DNA of 63,528 bases, counting the filler, from Asterionella formosa (Eukaryota), in the NCBI GenBank assembly GCA_002256025.1. It is 20 parts of 20 records of this genome, joined end to end, with 100 filler letters (N's around TTAATTAATTAA, not from the genome) between each part and the next. Parts side by side here need not be neighbours in the genome. Positions count along the whole stretch, not along the records: positions 23,871 to 43,657 come from NKIB01003557.1; 19 more parts are not named here. The stretch is one strand, 5' to 3'. Positions 24,116 through 37,699 of the stretch are shown here, in pieces; the stretch's first letter is position 1; each line of letters opens with the position of its first letter. The notes beneath the pieces were generated by a model that saw only the letters and a list, made by a program, of their open reading frames with translations, did no database searches and was not told the DNA's origin. The translations under genes were made by a program, and so were the position numbers.

Positions 24116-26963
24116 ATGTGCGATGGTTTCTGTCCTTTCGAGGATCACAGGGCTCAGTATGGTGATGATGATACTATGTATCCTCATTACCACATCAAGA
24201 CGAATTTCAGTGTTCCTTTCACTACTGACTAGTTTAAGAGTAATTGCGACAGTATGGACAAGTTACTTGAGATTGGTATGTTCAAGGACTTCCAGAGAGA
24301 TCCTGACTTGTCAATGAAGAAACTCTATCTTCGATTGATCATCACGTATGAGAATGAGTCCTTTCTCCCTCAACGCTATTGGTTGGTCCTCTTCAGTCTA
24401 GAGTCTATGAGTCTGATCCGCAAGGGATACAGGACTCATGTGGATTATCCACTGCTCTATTTTCTTGCTATTTTCACTCATGTGAGCAAAAGTCTCGAGG
24501 CTTTAAGAAGATTGTACATTGGTTGCATCAATGTACATGACCCTAATGCTCATGATAGGCAGTATAAGTGGAAAGTTAGGATGACCCAAATTACCCTTGA
24601 CACCTTCGCCATCTCTAAAATCCCTTTGGAGATCAATGAGATTATGACTTTCTTGTCCAAATCTTTTGGTAATGATTGGAAATCAGTCTTTACCAACCAA
24701 GCTTTATACGCAAATCAGCTCGAGAAGAAGCTTCATGGCAACTTCGTCATTACCATTGAAGAGAGGGAGAACTTGGGGAAGAAGTTCAAGCCCGTAGCTA
24801 TGGTTGTTGTGGAGCAAAAAGAGTTTCCAACTCCTATTGCTTGTATTCACTATCTGGTGAAAAGTAATCATAACTCAAGCCGCGATTCCCAGCAAAAAAA
24901 TATCGAAACCCGACTCCAAACCAGCTGCCATAAACAGGAAAAAAGAATCCAAACCGGATTCCAAATCAGCTGCCACCTCCAGCAAAATGGTTTCCAGACC
25001 GGATTCCCAACAAGTTTCTGTGCCAATAATCAAGAAACGGTCGAAGGCTACCTGGCCCCCTTCTAGTTCTATTTCCAAGAAATCACGAATTTCTTTCAAG
25101 GACAATGATCTGATTAGTCTAACAGATGAGGATAGTAGTGAGTCAAAGGCAACTGCCTCAAAGAATGACCTCCTCCATTGTGTCAATCCTGAACTACCTT
25201 CTTTTGTAAATTTCGACCAAAGTAACCAGAATGTGATCAAGTTGGAACTCATCCTGTCCCACCATGGGATAAGGTCGAAACAATTTGACCTAGCAGGAAC
25301 TCTTGGTTCACGCCGAGCAATCGACACTCAAATGTTCAGCTCTCAAGGAAGTTTCAAGGGTGTCACTAGCTAACACAGCAAATATTTCAAGCTTGCTCTA
25401 TCAGGCTGATGCAGCCTACCACCAATTTCGTCAGGAGTGTTTGCAGTATGCGGAACGAGTGTTGTCCCCATTGTCAAATGAAGATTTGACGAAAAATAAT
25501 AGCAAGTCGCCTCTCATTGGGAACAAGAGTGTGGAAGAGAGTGCAAAGTGGATGCACAGTTTTCAAGGCCCCTTTTTTGGCGTTTCCAACAGGGTTGACT
25601 CCAAGAGAATTGTTGATGTTCAGGTCCTACCTTCACCACGCACCTTTGACCAACATTAACAATGAGGGGCGTAAAAACATCGAGGAAGAAACCTTGATTT
25701 CCAAGGAAAAGAACATTCAAAAGGCCAAAGAAGCTGTTGTCCCTACCCCACCAGCTTTGCTTAACAATATTCCTAGTCCAATCAAAAATCCCGTCCACTT
25801 GAGATTTGACTGGAGCTCCAAGAATTATGATTCAAATACTCATGATTCAGTTCTTGAATCAGCAGTTCAATCAGAGAAAACTGCGTGCAAGGAAAATAGT
25901 GGCAATGCCACCACTGTGTTTCCTGTTCATCGACCACCTCCAGTCGTATTAGACCCTGCCCTCAAACCTGTGCCCTTAACAAAGCACACAACCAAGGCTA
26001 ATCGACAAGGCAAAGACGAAGAAGATATTTCCATCGCCTTAGAGGATGCCTCAAAGGCTGGTCCTTCTTTGGATTTTCCCAAGTCTGTTGAAAAACCGAA
26101 TATGAAGTTGCCTGGGGTAAACAACAAAGAACTTAAGCAGGTCGAGAAGGGTCCACATCTTACCATCCAGCGAGATAGGAACCCAGATGATAATTTATGT
26201 GAAACCTGGTCTATCATCAAGCTCCCATGTTCTATCTCCCTCCGGCAGGATCATGTCAAACCTGCTGGTCTGAAACCTGTGCCTCCAACAAAGCATATCA
26301 CCAGCCAGGGTGATTCCGCAAGGCAAAGACGACGACGAAGATAGTTCCATTGTCTCAAAAGATGTTCCTTCTTTGGAATTTCTCAAGTCTGTTCAGAAAG
26401 AAAATGTGAAGGTGCCTGTGGTCGACCACAAGAATAATGAGGTAACGAAGCAAGGGTAGACTTCTTATTCTCCAGAAGGATCATGTCAAACCGGTACCCA
26501 AACCTGTGCCTCCAACAAAGCACACCAACAAGCTGAATTCACAAAGCCAAGACGAAGATATTTCCAATGTCTCTGAGGATGGTCCTTCTTTTGAATTTCT
26601 CAAATCTGTTGAAAAATCCGTCAAAAGAATCCAACCTACTGTCCCAGCACCTTTCTTTGCAAAGAATGAAGTTAATGTTGCTCAAAAAGAAAAAGGTAAT
26701 ACGATCCCCAAAAAGGCCTTCAAAAATATTCTATTCTCTCTGAGAATGTTTCCATCCCAGGAAAAGTTCTCATCCATGTCCCTGCCGATGGCGAGAATCT
26801 TTGACGTTCTCCATCTACAACCCCATCCTCCTCTGAAACCTCGTCGTCTGCTGTGTCCTCAACTAGTTGTGAAACCTCTACTGGTGGTGAAAAATCGGAT
26901 TCCAAGTTAGATGAGGAGGACAGGTACAAAGTGATTGATTCTGACTATGAATCTGCATTGTGA
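24116..26963 (+). pseudogene. large disrupted ORF convergent with the Plavaka-type transposase (probable second transposon gene)
   Basis: ATG 24116, in-frame stop 24230-24232, then frameshifted segments ending ...YKVIDSDYESAL*. Globular-looking N-terminus, 45-bp KPDSK repeats (24906-25016), three KPVP(L/P)TKH repeats (25964, 26273, 26500). Confidence 0.6.
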
Positions 26964-27168
26964 GTAAATGAGTGAATGTTTAGCATCTCCTACTACCATA
27001 CTAATCAATCAAGAAGATTAATGATTTCTATAAAAATTGATAATTGTATGTTACTTCCCCTGTTTGTTAATTTTGTATTAATATTAATTGTTTCCACATC
27101 TTTATCTACCAATTTTTTCTTTACATTTCTTTCATAGATTGCTTTATGCAATCGTATCATCCAGCAAA

Positions 27169-29975
27169 TCAAAAATGGAATAGGGATGCCCAGGCAGACT
27201 GCGGCTTGATTTGAATCACCTTACCTGAAGTGGCTCCTAAATAATGAATAAAAACAGCAGGAAAATGAATGCAATCCACGGGAACAAACAAAAGTCCTTT
27301 GTTTCCATGTCGATCCAATGTGAGATCAGCCCCTAACAGCAACCTTGAGTAATTGTGCAAAGGTTCTGAGGCAGATTTACAGGAGTGAATAATTGCAAAG
27401 ACACCGGGGCTTTGATTTCTCAAGGATGATGGTAATCTTGGATCAGTGAAATTGATCGAAGACGGACCCAATCCCAATTCAATGAAACCGTAGATCTGGC
27501 CAAGCACAATTGACTCAACTTCTGTCTATCCATCTAACCAAGCAAACTCTGCCCAATCATACCAGGAATGACCTCCACGGTAGCTTGGATGGGCATGAAA
27601 TATTACGTTGTCAATACAAGTGTGGTCGCACAGCACTTCAATTTCCATTGACAAAATGAAAGGAAGGAGTTGTGCGCCTAGAACTCGCACCAGATCTCGG
27701 TCAACCTCAGTTTTGCAGATGCTACTTGATGATGATGAAACCCTGGCAATCTCAAATTCACCATTTCCATCTTCTTCAATCAGAAGAGAATATCGAGTAC
27801 CTCCTGTTTTGGATTTCACAATTCCAATGTCAACTGGGACAACTTCCAACTTTTATTGTAAATCTCCAATATCTTCGCCAAGAAACTGACTAGTATAAGC
27901 AGTTCCGATCACCATGTTCTCCACCATTCTCGCCCCACTTTGAATATCCATCACATCTTTGCGTTTCTGGGAAGTCCTGGCTGGTAATTTACACAAGAAT
28001 TAAAGATTCTTTTACATTGGGCCTCCATTAAAAACCCGTGGACTTCCGAAACGATGAAACTTCGCAAGCTTCCATCCTTGAGAGGTTGTTGTTCTCGGGC
28101 ATTCTTTTACCAGCTTGATAAAATAGTTGACAACGCTTTGGTGTTCCTGCGGTAAATATTCCACATCATAGCTCTCTTTACTAAACCAGGCATTGTAGCA
28201 GAGAATCCCTTCGAATAGACCTTGAAAGTTTCGAATGTGTTGATTGGTCATCATACCTTTTCTTCTTGGCAGATTTTGATTCCAGCATCACATGTCATGA
28301 CAACACAGGCAATACTAAGCATCACTCCGATTCTTTCGTTAACAGTTATTTTCGTTTTGCAACCATGGAAGCCGAAATTGAAGGAACAACGAGGAAGATC
28401 TCGGTCACTCTGGTGAAGGAAGAGTTTAGATATTTTGTTGAACAACTGGTCAAAAAGTTTTCGATTGGAATTACCCTTCACTGTTTTGGGGCGCCCAATG
28501 ATAAAATTATAGCTCCATGAGGTGATCCATTATTCCTTCTTGAATGGACTGGAGTTTTTCAGGAGGAATGTGCCCATTAACACCAAGAGGATCGCCACCA
28601 AAACACAACTGATACCAAAAGGGACAGATGAATCTTTGGCTCACATTATCCAATAAATCTTTTATGCCCTGGATTAATAGTTCCTCGTAATCAATCTGAC
28701 CTACAGGACTGCATTAATGAGATGGATTGTCTGTTTGATCAAACGGACAATCGCATTCACGACATATTCTGGCAGTCTTTAGACATGTTTTCTTTCGCCC
28801 GCATTGTCCATCTAAACCTTCAGCATCACCGAGAATTAGACCAACCGGAACTTTCACATTAAGTGTAAATTGATTGCCTCCGAAATTGAAAACGTGTTTG
28901 AATCCACCAGCTTGTTGGACATTCTTGACCCCCTCAAGAATCACACCAAGGACAGCGTGATAATCGTATTCCTTTTGATCAGGGTTTAGGGACTGGATTT
29001 CAGAGAGACTTGATGGAGTCAGCTTTGGGATCAATCCAATTGGCTGGCCGCCATGCATTAACCTGATTTCTCACATTGGTAGTAAATATACCAAGTGACA
29101 TTAGGACAGGCTCCATTGTGTACTTTCCTTTTTCAACTGTGTGTGTCTTGTCAATAAAGAACATGAGTGGAACAAGGAAGTCATTTGGCTGAGAACATAA
29201 ATATTCATGGGCATCTATCCACCAGGTACCAGTGTGAAATTCGGATCTGACACTGGTGGCGGACTGTGGTGACATTAGTGTGTCATTCGTCAAGAGATTC
29301 TTAACCTGAGCCATGAAATCAAAACATACAACATCAATCAGTTTTCCATCATGCATCATGGCCTTTTTCACCTGGGGAGTTAAGAACTCATTCATATTAA
29401 ATCGGTTTTGAAATTCTTTCAGAACAGTGGTCTTCCTGGGAGGACAAGATTCAAAAATTAATCCAGCTTTCTGAGATGTGCTGCATAAATTCATGATTTG
29501 ATCATACATATAAAGAGGAGAACGAGTGCCAAGCAAAAGACTAAGCATTCGAGACTTCATAACATCGCCAACTGAGAATGGTATGCATGGATACCAGGAT
29601 CGGCGGAGGAGAACTTAATCCCTGTGGTGCTCAGGACTGGAATAGTGTTGGTTTAATCCTGTACCACTATTTCGCTTGTATTTTATTCATCTTCTTTTTG
29701 ATCAATGTCATATATATTGGTATGATCGCCAAAGTATAGTGTTTGAACAGACAAAATTTGGCCCTTTTCATTAATGACGACGAAAAGTCATCAGCAGGTG
29801 ATGGTGGAGATTGATGAACTCCATCATATTCTTCATGACCGTCGTCTGGACCAGTTGCTGGTTTACGAAACAACTCTGCAGCTGTTTCGCATTCGGGGCT
29901 ATGTGCGTAATGACGGTAAAGGGAAACAAATGGACCCTTACCACATGTCAAACAGCAATCATTGTCGTCGTTCAT
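27169..29975 (-). mobile_element. Plavaka-type (CACTA-related) transposase pseudogene
   Basis: N-terminal CxxC...H...C finger; FHTGTWW, VPLMFFIDKTH, EPVLMSLGIF, AWRPIGLIP, ILGDAEGLDGQCG, CRECDCP, LAKFH and FHAHPSYRGGHSWYDWA motifs. Stops, frameshifts and a deletion relative to the open copy at 47728-48953. Confidence 0.8.
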
Positions 29976-30827
29976 GGTGAAAAAACACGATTAAATAGCG
30001 ATTATGTACCAATATTTGTTTTATAGAAAGAGACAACGGCCGATATAGATATTTGATCCATCATTTGTAAAACCGCAAAATAAATCTTCTCATTCAATTC
30101 GATTTAACACAGCTATACATCCATTGCTACTTTCCCTCAGGCCAGCCACTTGCTAGAGATATCACTGTTGACTATTTAATGTATCTCGGAAATACCTCTC
30201 ATTTTCGACTGACTACAACGATATTTGATGTACAATAATATAGTACTGGTATGCGACTCCTTTTTCCATAGAACACCGGTTGCCAGACAAATTGTAGCCT
30301 TTCCGAAAAGAAATAGCTTTGGTTGCAGCTCTTATTTTCTATTGAGCCCGACTACAATGACATGATCATCAGATGAACGCGAATACCTGCAACAGCTATT
30401 TATGTGTAACAAAATTCGCATATTCGATAGATTTGCTACAGCTAGATATATTCCCTGTTAGAGTCTTCATTGTAGCGGTAGTTTTGCTTGTAGACGCTCC
30501 GAAAAGGTGGAAAAGTAGTTGAATTAATTCAGACATCCTATGTAATGCAATCTAGCGGCATTACTGGTACTAACCCTTTGCAAATCACAACGTTGAAAAT
30601 CGTGACGATTCACCATGTTCGTCAGATTTTCGTGAGGTCTGCATTGCTCGCCAAAAAGTATACTGACAAAGCATAGACTGCGCGCCAGCTTTTTGCCATG
30701 TAGAATGTACACATGGCTAGTACAAAGCAAAGGTATAGGAGGAGGACCGTCTGCGCCAGGTTTCTTTTAATGAAAAACAGCTACTGGCTAGAACGTGGTG
30801 AAGGAACAAATTATATTCATCGTGGTT

Positions 30828-30828
<1 letters not shown>

Positions 30829-30905
<77 letters not shown>

Positions 30906-30906
30906 G
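30829..30906. repeat. (TTG)26 microsatellite
   Basis: 78 bp of perfect ttg repeat. Confidence 0.98.
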
Positions 30907-30914
30907 GAGGCAAC

Positions 30915-30941
30915 GTGCTTAACCACTAAGCCATTCCCTCC
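30915..30941 (-). mobile_element. 5' fragment (A-box) of the tRNA-derived SINE, copy D
   Basis: Minus strand gggaatggcttagtggtta is identical to the start of copy C. Confidence 0.6.
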
Positions 30942-31069
30942 TAACGGTGTATATAATATATTTTCTAAATAGTTGATAATTAGAACATCGCCAATTGATC
31001 GTCTCAAAACCTGAAAAGGGAGGCTGATGAGTCTGTCAACATGCATGGCCAACTCATCATAAACCCGTG

Positions 31070-31386
31070 TGTACACAAAACTGTAGCTATGTTATTCGAC
31101 GTTTGTAGAACGAAATAGGTTTTGTCTGGAAACACACGCTCATTACTTTATTTAACTTTATCTCTTTGGTAGTAATTGCCGATATTAAACACACATATAC
31201 ATGAGCTGGCCAACAAAAATCAATAGCCCTAGTTAAATGATGCATATGTTTTGCTATTTAGCATTATACTCGCTTAAATATTCTGATCTAAACGATGTAC
31301 CCATAGCCTGTATTGTCTCACGTCGAAATTTTATTGTACTTCTCCAGAGGGCTTCTTTCAAGGACATGGATCAAGCCAGGTTAGTT
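31070..31386 (+). repeat. dispersed repeat R2, copy 2
   Basis: Colinear with 1425-1755. Confidence 0.85.
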
Positions 31387-31817
31387 GCTGAACATGTCGT
31401 TGCAACTATACCGGAACAGAGGGAGTTCCATTTAGTGCATCAAAGCCGTTCGATGTGCCTCAAAGCCAATTTTATTTGGTTAGAAATATTGAATTTATAA
31501 TACTTTAGAAGTTGAATTTGAGTGCCTGTTGGGGCTTTATTTCCTTTTTTTGGCAAAATGACCACAACTTGCAGACAAGGGGTTGAAACTCCTTTTCAGT
31601 TGTTGGAATTTAATAATAATGGGTGCACTCTGATAATAAAAGATATTACATCATGTGTGTATTATAAAACAATTTTTTTTGTGATTTGATATATAATATC
31701 GTCATTGTGCTCTGATAATCGAAAAATTTTGTATTACCTATTGGAACCCCCTTCAGTAAATTAGTCAAATTCAATATTGGCAGTGTACATTGTTGGGAGG
31801 GATTCCAGGAAGGCCCT

Positions 31818-31878
31818 GTAAAACACGTATTTTACTTAAGAAAAGATTGAGCCAAATATCTCGACTACCGGACCTTCC
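31818..31878 (+). repeat. dispersed repeat R5, copy 1
   Basis: gtaaaacacgt...acttaa...agc.aaatatctcga.taccgg.cctt is shared with 38910-38968. Confidence 0.75.
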
Positions 31879-32288
31879 ACAGGACAAAGGAAGTGTACAG
31901 TAATATTCCATTCCTTTATGTATGGGGTACCAGGTAACTGGTACCAGGTATACCGGTATACTACCCGGTGGAAGGTAAAACCGTCTTTACAGGACCTTTC
32001 TGGTGGTAAAAGACGGTTCTTACTTTTATATAGGAAAACGCGGATAAATTGCTCATTTATCGCACCTTGCGATGAAAAACAATGAAAGTACCTGAGTACC
32101 AGATACGGCACCGTTAACTGAACTTGTACACCATACCGGTATGCACTTGTCAATGTACATACAGTGCAAGCCTACAGGTACATAGATAGGATGTGTATAG
32201 CAAGTAACAACATGTACTTCATCGACGACCGCTTTATGTCACCCTGTTCTCCCGTTGATGCTCCCAACCATATCATTCTTTATTCAGC

Positions 32289-32624
32289 ATGTCAGCAATA
32301 GCAACAGCGTTCCGGTTGATGGCTCGATCGTCGTTGGCGCAATCATTTCAGACAACTCGGACAATGGCGAAGAAGAAAGCTGGAGGATCCACCAGCAACG
32401 GCCGCGACTCAGCTGGACGTCGTCTTGGCATTAAGCTCTATCCAGGCCTTGAAGCCAAAGCAGGCGCTATTATCATTCGGCAACGCGGCACGAAATTTCG
32501 CGTTGGCGAGGGCGTGGGAATGGGAAAAGACCACACCATTTTTGCATTGGGACCAGGAATCGTCAAATTTACCAGATATGAATGGAACAAGAAACGTAAC
32601 GTAGTCCATGTGATTCCTGCTTAG
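32289..32624 (+). CDS. MRPL27: mitochondrial ribosomal protein L27 (bL27m)
   Basis: [34 protein letters not shown] and [11 protein letters not shown], preceded by an Arg/Ser/Thr-rich presequence. Confidence 0.95.
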   Translation: MSAIATAFRLMARSSLAQSFQTTRTMAKKKAGGSTSNGRDSAGRRLGIKLYPGLEAKAGAIIIRQRGTKFRVGEGVGMGKDHTIFALGPGIVKFTRYEWNKKRNVVHVIPA

Positions 32625-33874
32625 ATCATCAGGGAATTTACATCTCCCCGAGGTCATGGAATGAGGTAGCCTAAAGAAAAAATGACTTATAGTGACCTGG
32701 GTTCTTGTGAACAGTACGCATTTCCCTTCATTTGTTTTCTCCATGATGCCAGAAGTAGAAATTGCTATCAATCAGGGGAATTGATGGTATTGTTAGTCGG
32801 CATAATCAAGGACATCAAGACAAGACTGATTCCAAGTCACTTCACTCTACTTCTAGCTTCAATAAAACCTTTAAATAAACTTGTAAAATCAATGTTTTGG
32901 GACATCACTGGTAATTTCAACGCCCAGCCTATATGACCTGGCCTTCTGCCGGCATGTCTATTTTTCACCCCTTGTTTGCAGAAGGAAAAATCCAATCGTG
33001 ATTCCCCAGAAAGGAACTACTAGTAGCCTATCTTGCATGTTTCTTGATATCTGCTTTTTTCCCATTAGCTTCAACAATGAGTACTCCCAGCAGCCAGCAG
33101 TAATCATTTTGATTGAGTTTTCTGCATAAACTTTCTCCATCTCCTTGGCATTCCCTTGCATCATCATACCCTGGCTAGTAGTACTACTGATGGCTCCACC
33201 ACTACTACCACTGGCTACCTTTCACTTTACTGGAACTGTGCCTCCAGCTCCACCCACTCATACTACTGCACACATCCTCTGGGCAGATGTACACTCATTC
33301 CAACCATGATGCAACTTTGTTGGCAGATTCAAAGGACCTTGAACATGGCTTGATCTTGTGGTAGTGCTGCCACTGTGCTCTTGACAGATCATCCACTCTG
33401 GAAAACCTTCTGCTCTAAAGAGGCAATCATCAAAATCAAAAAGAATTTTGTGATTACTAAGCTTCCAAAACTCTCATTCCAATTCCTCTGCCATTCATGA
33501 CTGGTACCACAAGTTCACCAGACTACATCCAGCATCCAGATTGACATGAGCCCTTTACTTCACTTCAAAAAGATACATGCTATCTGGCCTCATAATAGTC
33601 CTCTCCCACTTGATTTTGAAATTGGTAGTTTCATCCTATTGAAACTTCAATCAAAAAATGCACTTGACCTCTTCTAGCTAGTACCTTACCTAAGCTCTCA
33701 TTTCATAGCTATTCTGACAGCATGGATGGGTATTTCTTGTTGCATGCATCTCAGTTAGCCCATGCTGAGGATTACCTCCTCCATCTCTGTACTTGCTTCT
33801 CTACGCATACATAGACTTAGATTCTGCTGACCCTGTCAGTTCTGCCTCAGCTTTCTTGGCTTACTAAAGTAGTG

Positions 33875-34492
33875 CTATATAATTAAGTGTCCTGTATCAC
33901 TCTGTATATTTTTCTCGAGATGGCACCAAACACCTTAAAATGTTCTATTCATAGGCAAAGTAATGAGCTCTAATTCTCATTGAACTCCTAGGCACTGGTA
34001 TATAGCTATTTAGCTGACCTAATGCGATTCTTTTGTGCACGTAAAACACTTGAGTGTACCAGTAATGGTTGTGAACAGCCAGACAGAAGAATAATCCTGC
34101 ATCACGTCCTTTTTGCCTTGACCATGACAAAAATATCGAACATCTAAGAAAAAGTTAAGAACGACGACGCTAAGCAACTTGATACATATTTCAAGCACAC
34201 CATAGACAATCCAATCGTAAAAGAATATTTGTAAAAACAAAGATATTGGCAATGAAAATTGAAGTTGCTACTAGAACCGTGATGTCGTGTTTTTCTTGCA
34301 AGATGAAGAACTATCCCAAATTTGACTTTACAGAAAATGGTGACCATATTAATAAAGATTAGAAAGGAACGCGCCGTAGAACTAATGAAATTTACTTTCG
34401 AATGGTAAAAGGGAAATTTCATCATAGTCGTGGACCCCCCTGAAATAAAGGGAGTTTACATTCTTGGGGGTCCAGGACAATGAAACATACGG
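33875..34492. mobile_element. about 620-bp MITE-like element of the same TIR family as 19174
   Basis: Right TIR gggggtccaggacaatgaaacatacgg|TA at 34466-34494; degenerate left end ctatataattaagtgtcctg...tcgagatggcaccaaa aligns with 19174-19230. Confidence 0.6.
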
Positions 34493-37400
34493 TAGGCAGG
34501 GAAAGAAATGCAAACACTCCCAGTATACCAGCCATGAACTCTCTCCACTTTATTTAATCGTGAGCTTGATCTACATTCTTTTCCAATTCAGCTAGTACAG
34601 GTCAAACAGTTAAGGACCTTGCCCCTGATTCCACTGTCCCTCCTCATCCCCAATTTGTCATTTGATCTTCAACTTTCTAATTAAAACTGCGGTCCTGTAG
34701 ACGTAAACCTAGATTGGTGTAAACTTTGCTAGCGTTGTTAAAATAAACAGTACAAGGAATTCTTGGGTGATCATCCTTCCCAAAAATCATATATCAGTCG
34801 AACTATATTTTTTTTGTTTTTTAATGAACAATTATTTAACAAAACATCCAGTCACAAGAATAATATCCTGATGATAACATTTATGCACTTAAAAATTACG
34901 ACTCCAATATTGTGGCGACAGTTGAAAAATCCAATCGGAGTGACGTTTTGGTTAAGGATTGCTCGACGTTGGATGGGCCTTGTAAAGATTAAAACCATAG
35001 TCATGTACCTTATAAAATCAGGATTTACCATTAGATTTTTTACTATTTTTGATAGCCAGGCCTTTTTCAATTTTTGGGATAGTAAGAATTCCAAATAGAG
35101 ATAACTGAATCTTCTCTCCAGAAATGAGGTCCTTAAGCAAATATCTTAAAATAGAACATACCCCTAAGCCGGGAATCGGCAAACATTTGTAACTACGCAT
35201 ATGCAAATCGGTGAAAATGTTGGATGAACCTACTTTTATCTTGAACTATAATTATAGGTTGTACATTGCTAACGTGTGGATTGAGGCACACGATATAAAT
35301 GTTTTTGGTAAAATTTAGACCTCGAACTGCTAAAATGAAAGGTCTCTCTTGTCCACCAGAAAATCTTTGCCACCCTCCTCATTGAAGTTATTTGAGATGC
35401 ATGACTCATGCTTCTTTTAAGGATGTGCGTTGCAGCTGATCTGAATGCAGCTGATGGTGGTGATATAATCCTATTCCAGCATCTCGACAACATCACTGGT
35501 AACTGGTCCCACCGAATGTGTCATCTGCCACACTTGCTGCTTCTTCCCTCAGTTTGATGTATAGCTGAGCCTTCTGTTCTACATACCCTCTGTAGAATGG
35601 ATCGCTTACCGGTAATGATAATTTTGAATTGAATCATTTGACATTGTATTCAAACCAACCGGCCATATGGAGTACCGGAAGATTAAATTTTGTTCGTACC
35701 TAGTACCTAGTACCTGGTACTTGGTACTCCCTCTGTCCAAGAGTAGTTGCATCGATTCACCGGTACCACTGGTGTCTTAACTGTTCGCATATGAAGGATA
35801 ATGTAGCCAACATATCATCTTGCCATATATTCCGGAATAAATAAAAATATAATTCGAACTTGTACCGGTAGTCCTACATATGGATATGAAACCATGCAAA
35901 GGTTGAGATGCACAACATATCGATACCAGTACCTAATGGACCTACTCTGCCTAGCTACTAAACTAATCCAATAGAGCTGTCCAGAACCTCTTCACACAGT
36001 ATCATAAGTACAAAATACATGCATTGAGCATTGTCTAAAAATAGTAACATCATATACCAGGCATGAGAATATATTGCAGCGAGTGCCAGTATGTCATGAA
36101 ACCAACCCTTGATAAACTGTCGATTTCAATGATAATGCAAGAGATTTTCTTATTTGTCGATGTTCTTTTTAGTACACAAAAAGAGTCATTTAGAATTGAG
36201 TTAGGAAAATTTCTATCATTGATAGAAACGATTATTGATTTTCTAGATATTGAGTCAAAAAGGGTAGTCCTGAGTTCCTCGGACTAACTCAGCACACCAT
36301 TATGCATTTTCGGACACTTTTAGTATGAAAAAGTGTAGGGGACCTTCTGATGATGATATTATTGAATAAATTTATTACGCGCCTTAATGCTACTCTATTG
36401 TGGGCACTATCTTATAAAGACTTAGAAAATTCGGAGGAAATTAGTTTATTCGGCATAGTGAACAAGCCGAAGTTCCTTTCTGCAGTCTCTCACCATATCA
36501 ACTTCGGAGGCTATGCAGATTTGATCTATGTTTGTAAATATCACTCAGAGCCAGTCGATGTGAGCAATAGCCATCGTGTTGGGCCTAGTAACACTTTTTC
36601 ATCACTATTGACCACCCCAAAAATATCGCGCGCAGTATAACTTGTTTTTTGTTATTGATCATACATTCATTGTTATTGATCATAATTTCAACATTGCACC
36701 ATGATACTTTCCTGGTTAATATCCCCACTCTCTTTAATTTTCTAGTACAAAGCCTAATGTCGGCAGTCTCTAGCGCTGCTGCCGACACCCTGCTCCTCAT
36801 TCACCATGTCCTCTTTGGACACAGACGCTCCCTTCGCTTGCTCCTCCTCCACTTTTATTCTTGCTCAACTTGCTCTTTTAGACCTGCCGGTCACTCCACA
36901 GCAAAAATCATTCAAATCCGCCCATTCCATCCTGAGAAAACCAATTTCGCCTACTTTGCACACCTCTCACAGCGATTTCTTCACGCAAATGCTTATTCCT
37001 CCACCCATGACCTTCCTGTCTCTCTCTACCACTTCCAACTCTCTCATATTCACCTGGAAGACCGGTCAGTAGACTCTCTGGAAATCCCAAGGAACTGCTT
37101 TCCATTGCTGCTGCCACCCACACTCTCTGCCATCTCTCAGGCACCAAAGGCAACAGGAATAACACCTTTTCCTCTGATCTCTCTACTGCATTGTCAATTA
37201 TATAGTTGCAAAGAAATTTTTTTAGTACGCGCTGTAGAGAATCGACCATGGTCATGATCTATCTTACACAAATTAATTTTAATTGTTGGCACGCCAAAAA
37301 CTAAAGTAGTTAAAACAGTTGTTTTGTTATTGTTTGACAAACTTCTGCATTTATTCTCCTTTCTTGCTTATCATGATGTCCATCAAAGGAACAAAAAGAA

Positions 37401-37699
37401 ATGCTAAAATAATTGGTGATAACTTCTATCCAAAGACATACTGCAACAGCAATCATGATGAAATTTCTCTGAAAAAGCCCTCCTCTTCATGTCAATCAGA
37501 GCAGACGTTTTGGTAACTCCTTCAACGAAATCTCTCCTCATTTGTTAGTATGATGACATGGTCATGATTACAAGACTATGTAACAAATTAATGTTCTCTG
37601 AAAAGAAACGACCTGATCGTCAAGCAAGATCAAAATTCTGACAAATGTGTTCATTCCAAAGTTCATTTCCCGGTAACAAGATGATGCCGCCTTTTTATT

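Noticed and set aside
30713..31076. Poly-Cys and poly-Asn ORFs
   Set aside because: Translations of the (TTG)26 microsatellite.
35269..37257. Several 70-200-aa ORFs between MRPL27 and the pogo remnant
   Set aside because: Stop-riddled, CpG-poor, no recognisable motifs; probably decayed repeats.
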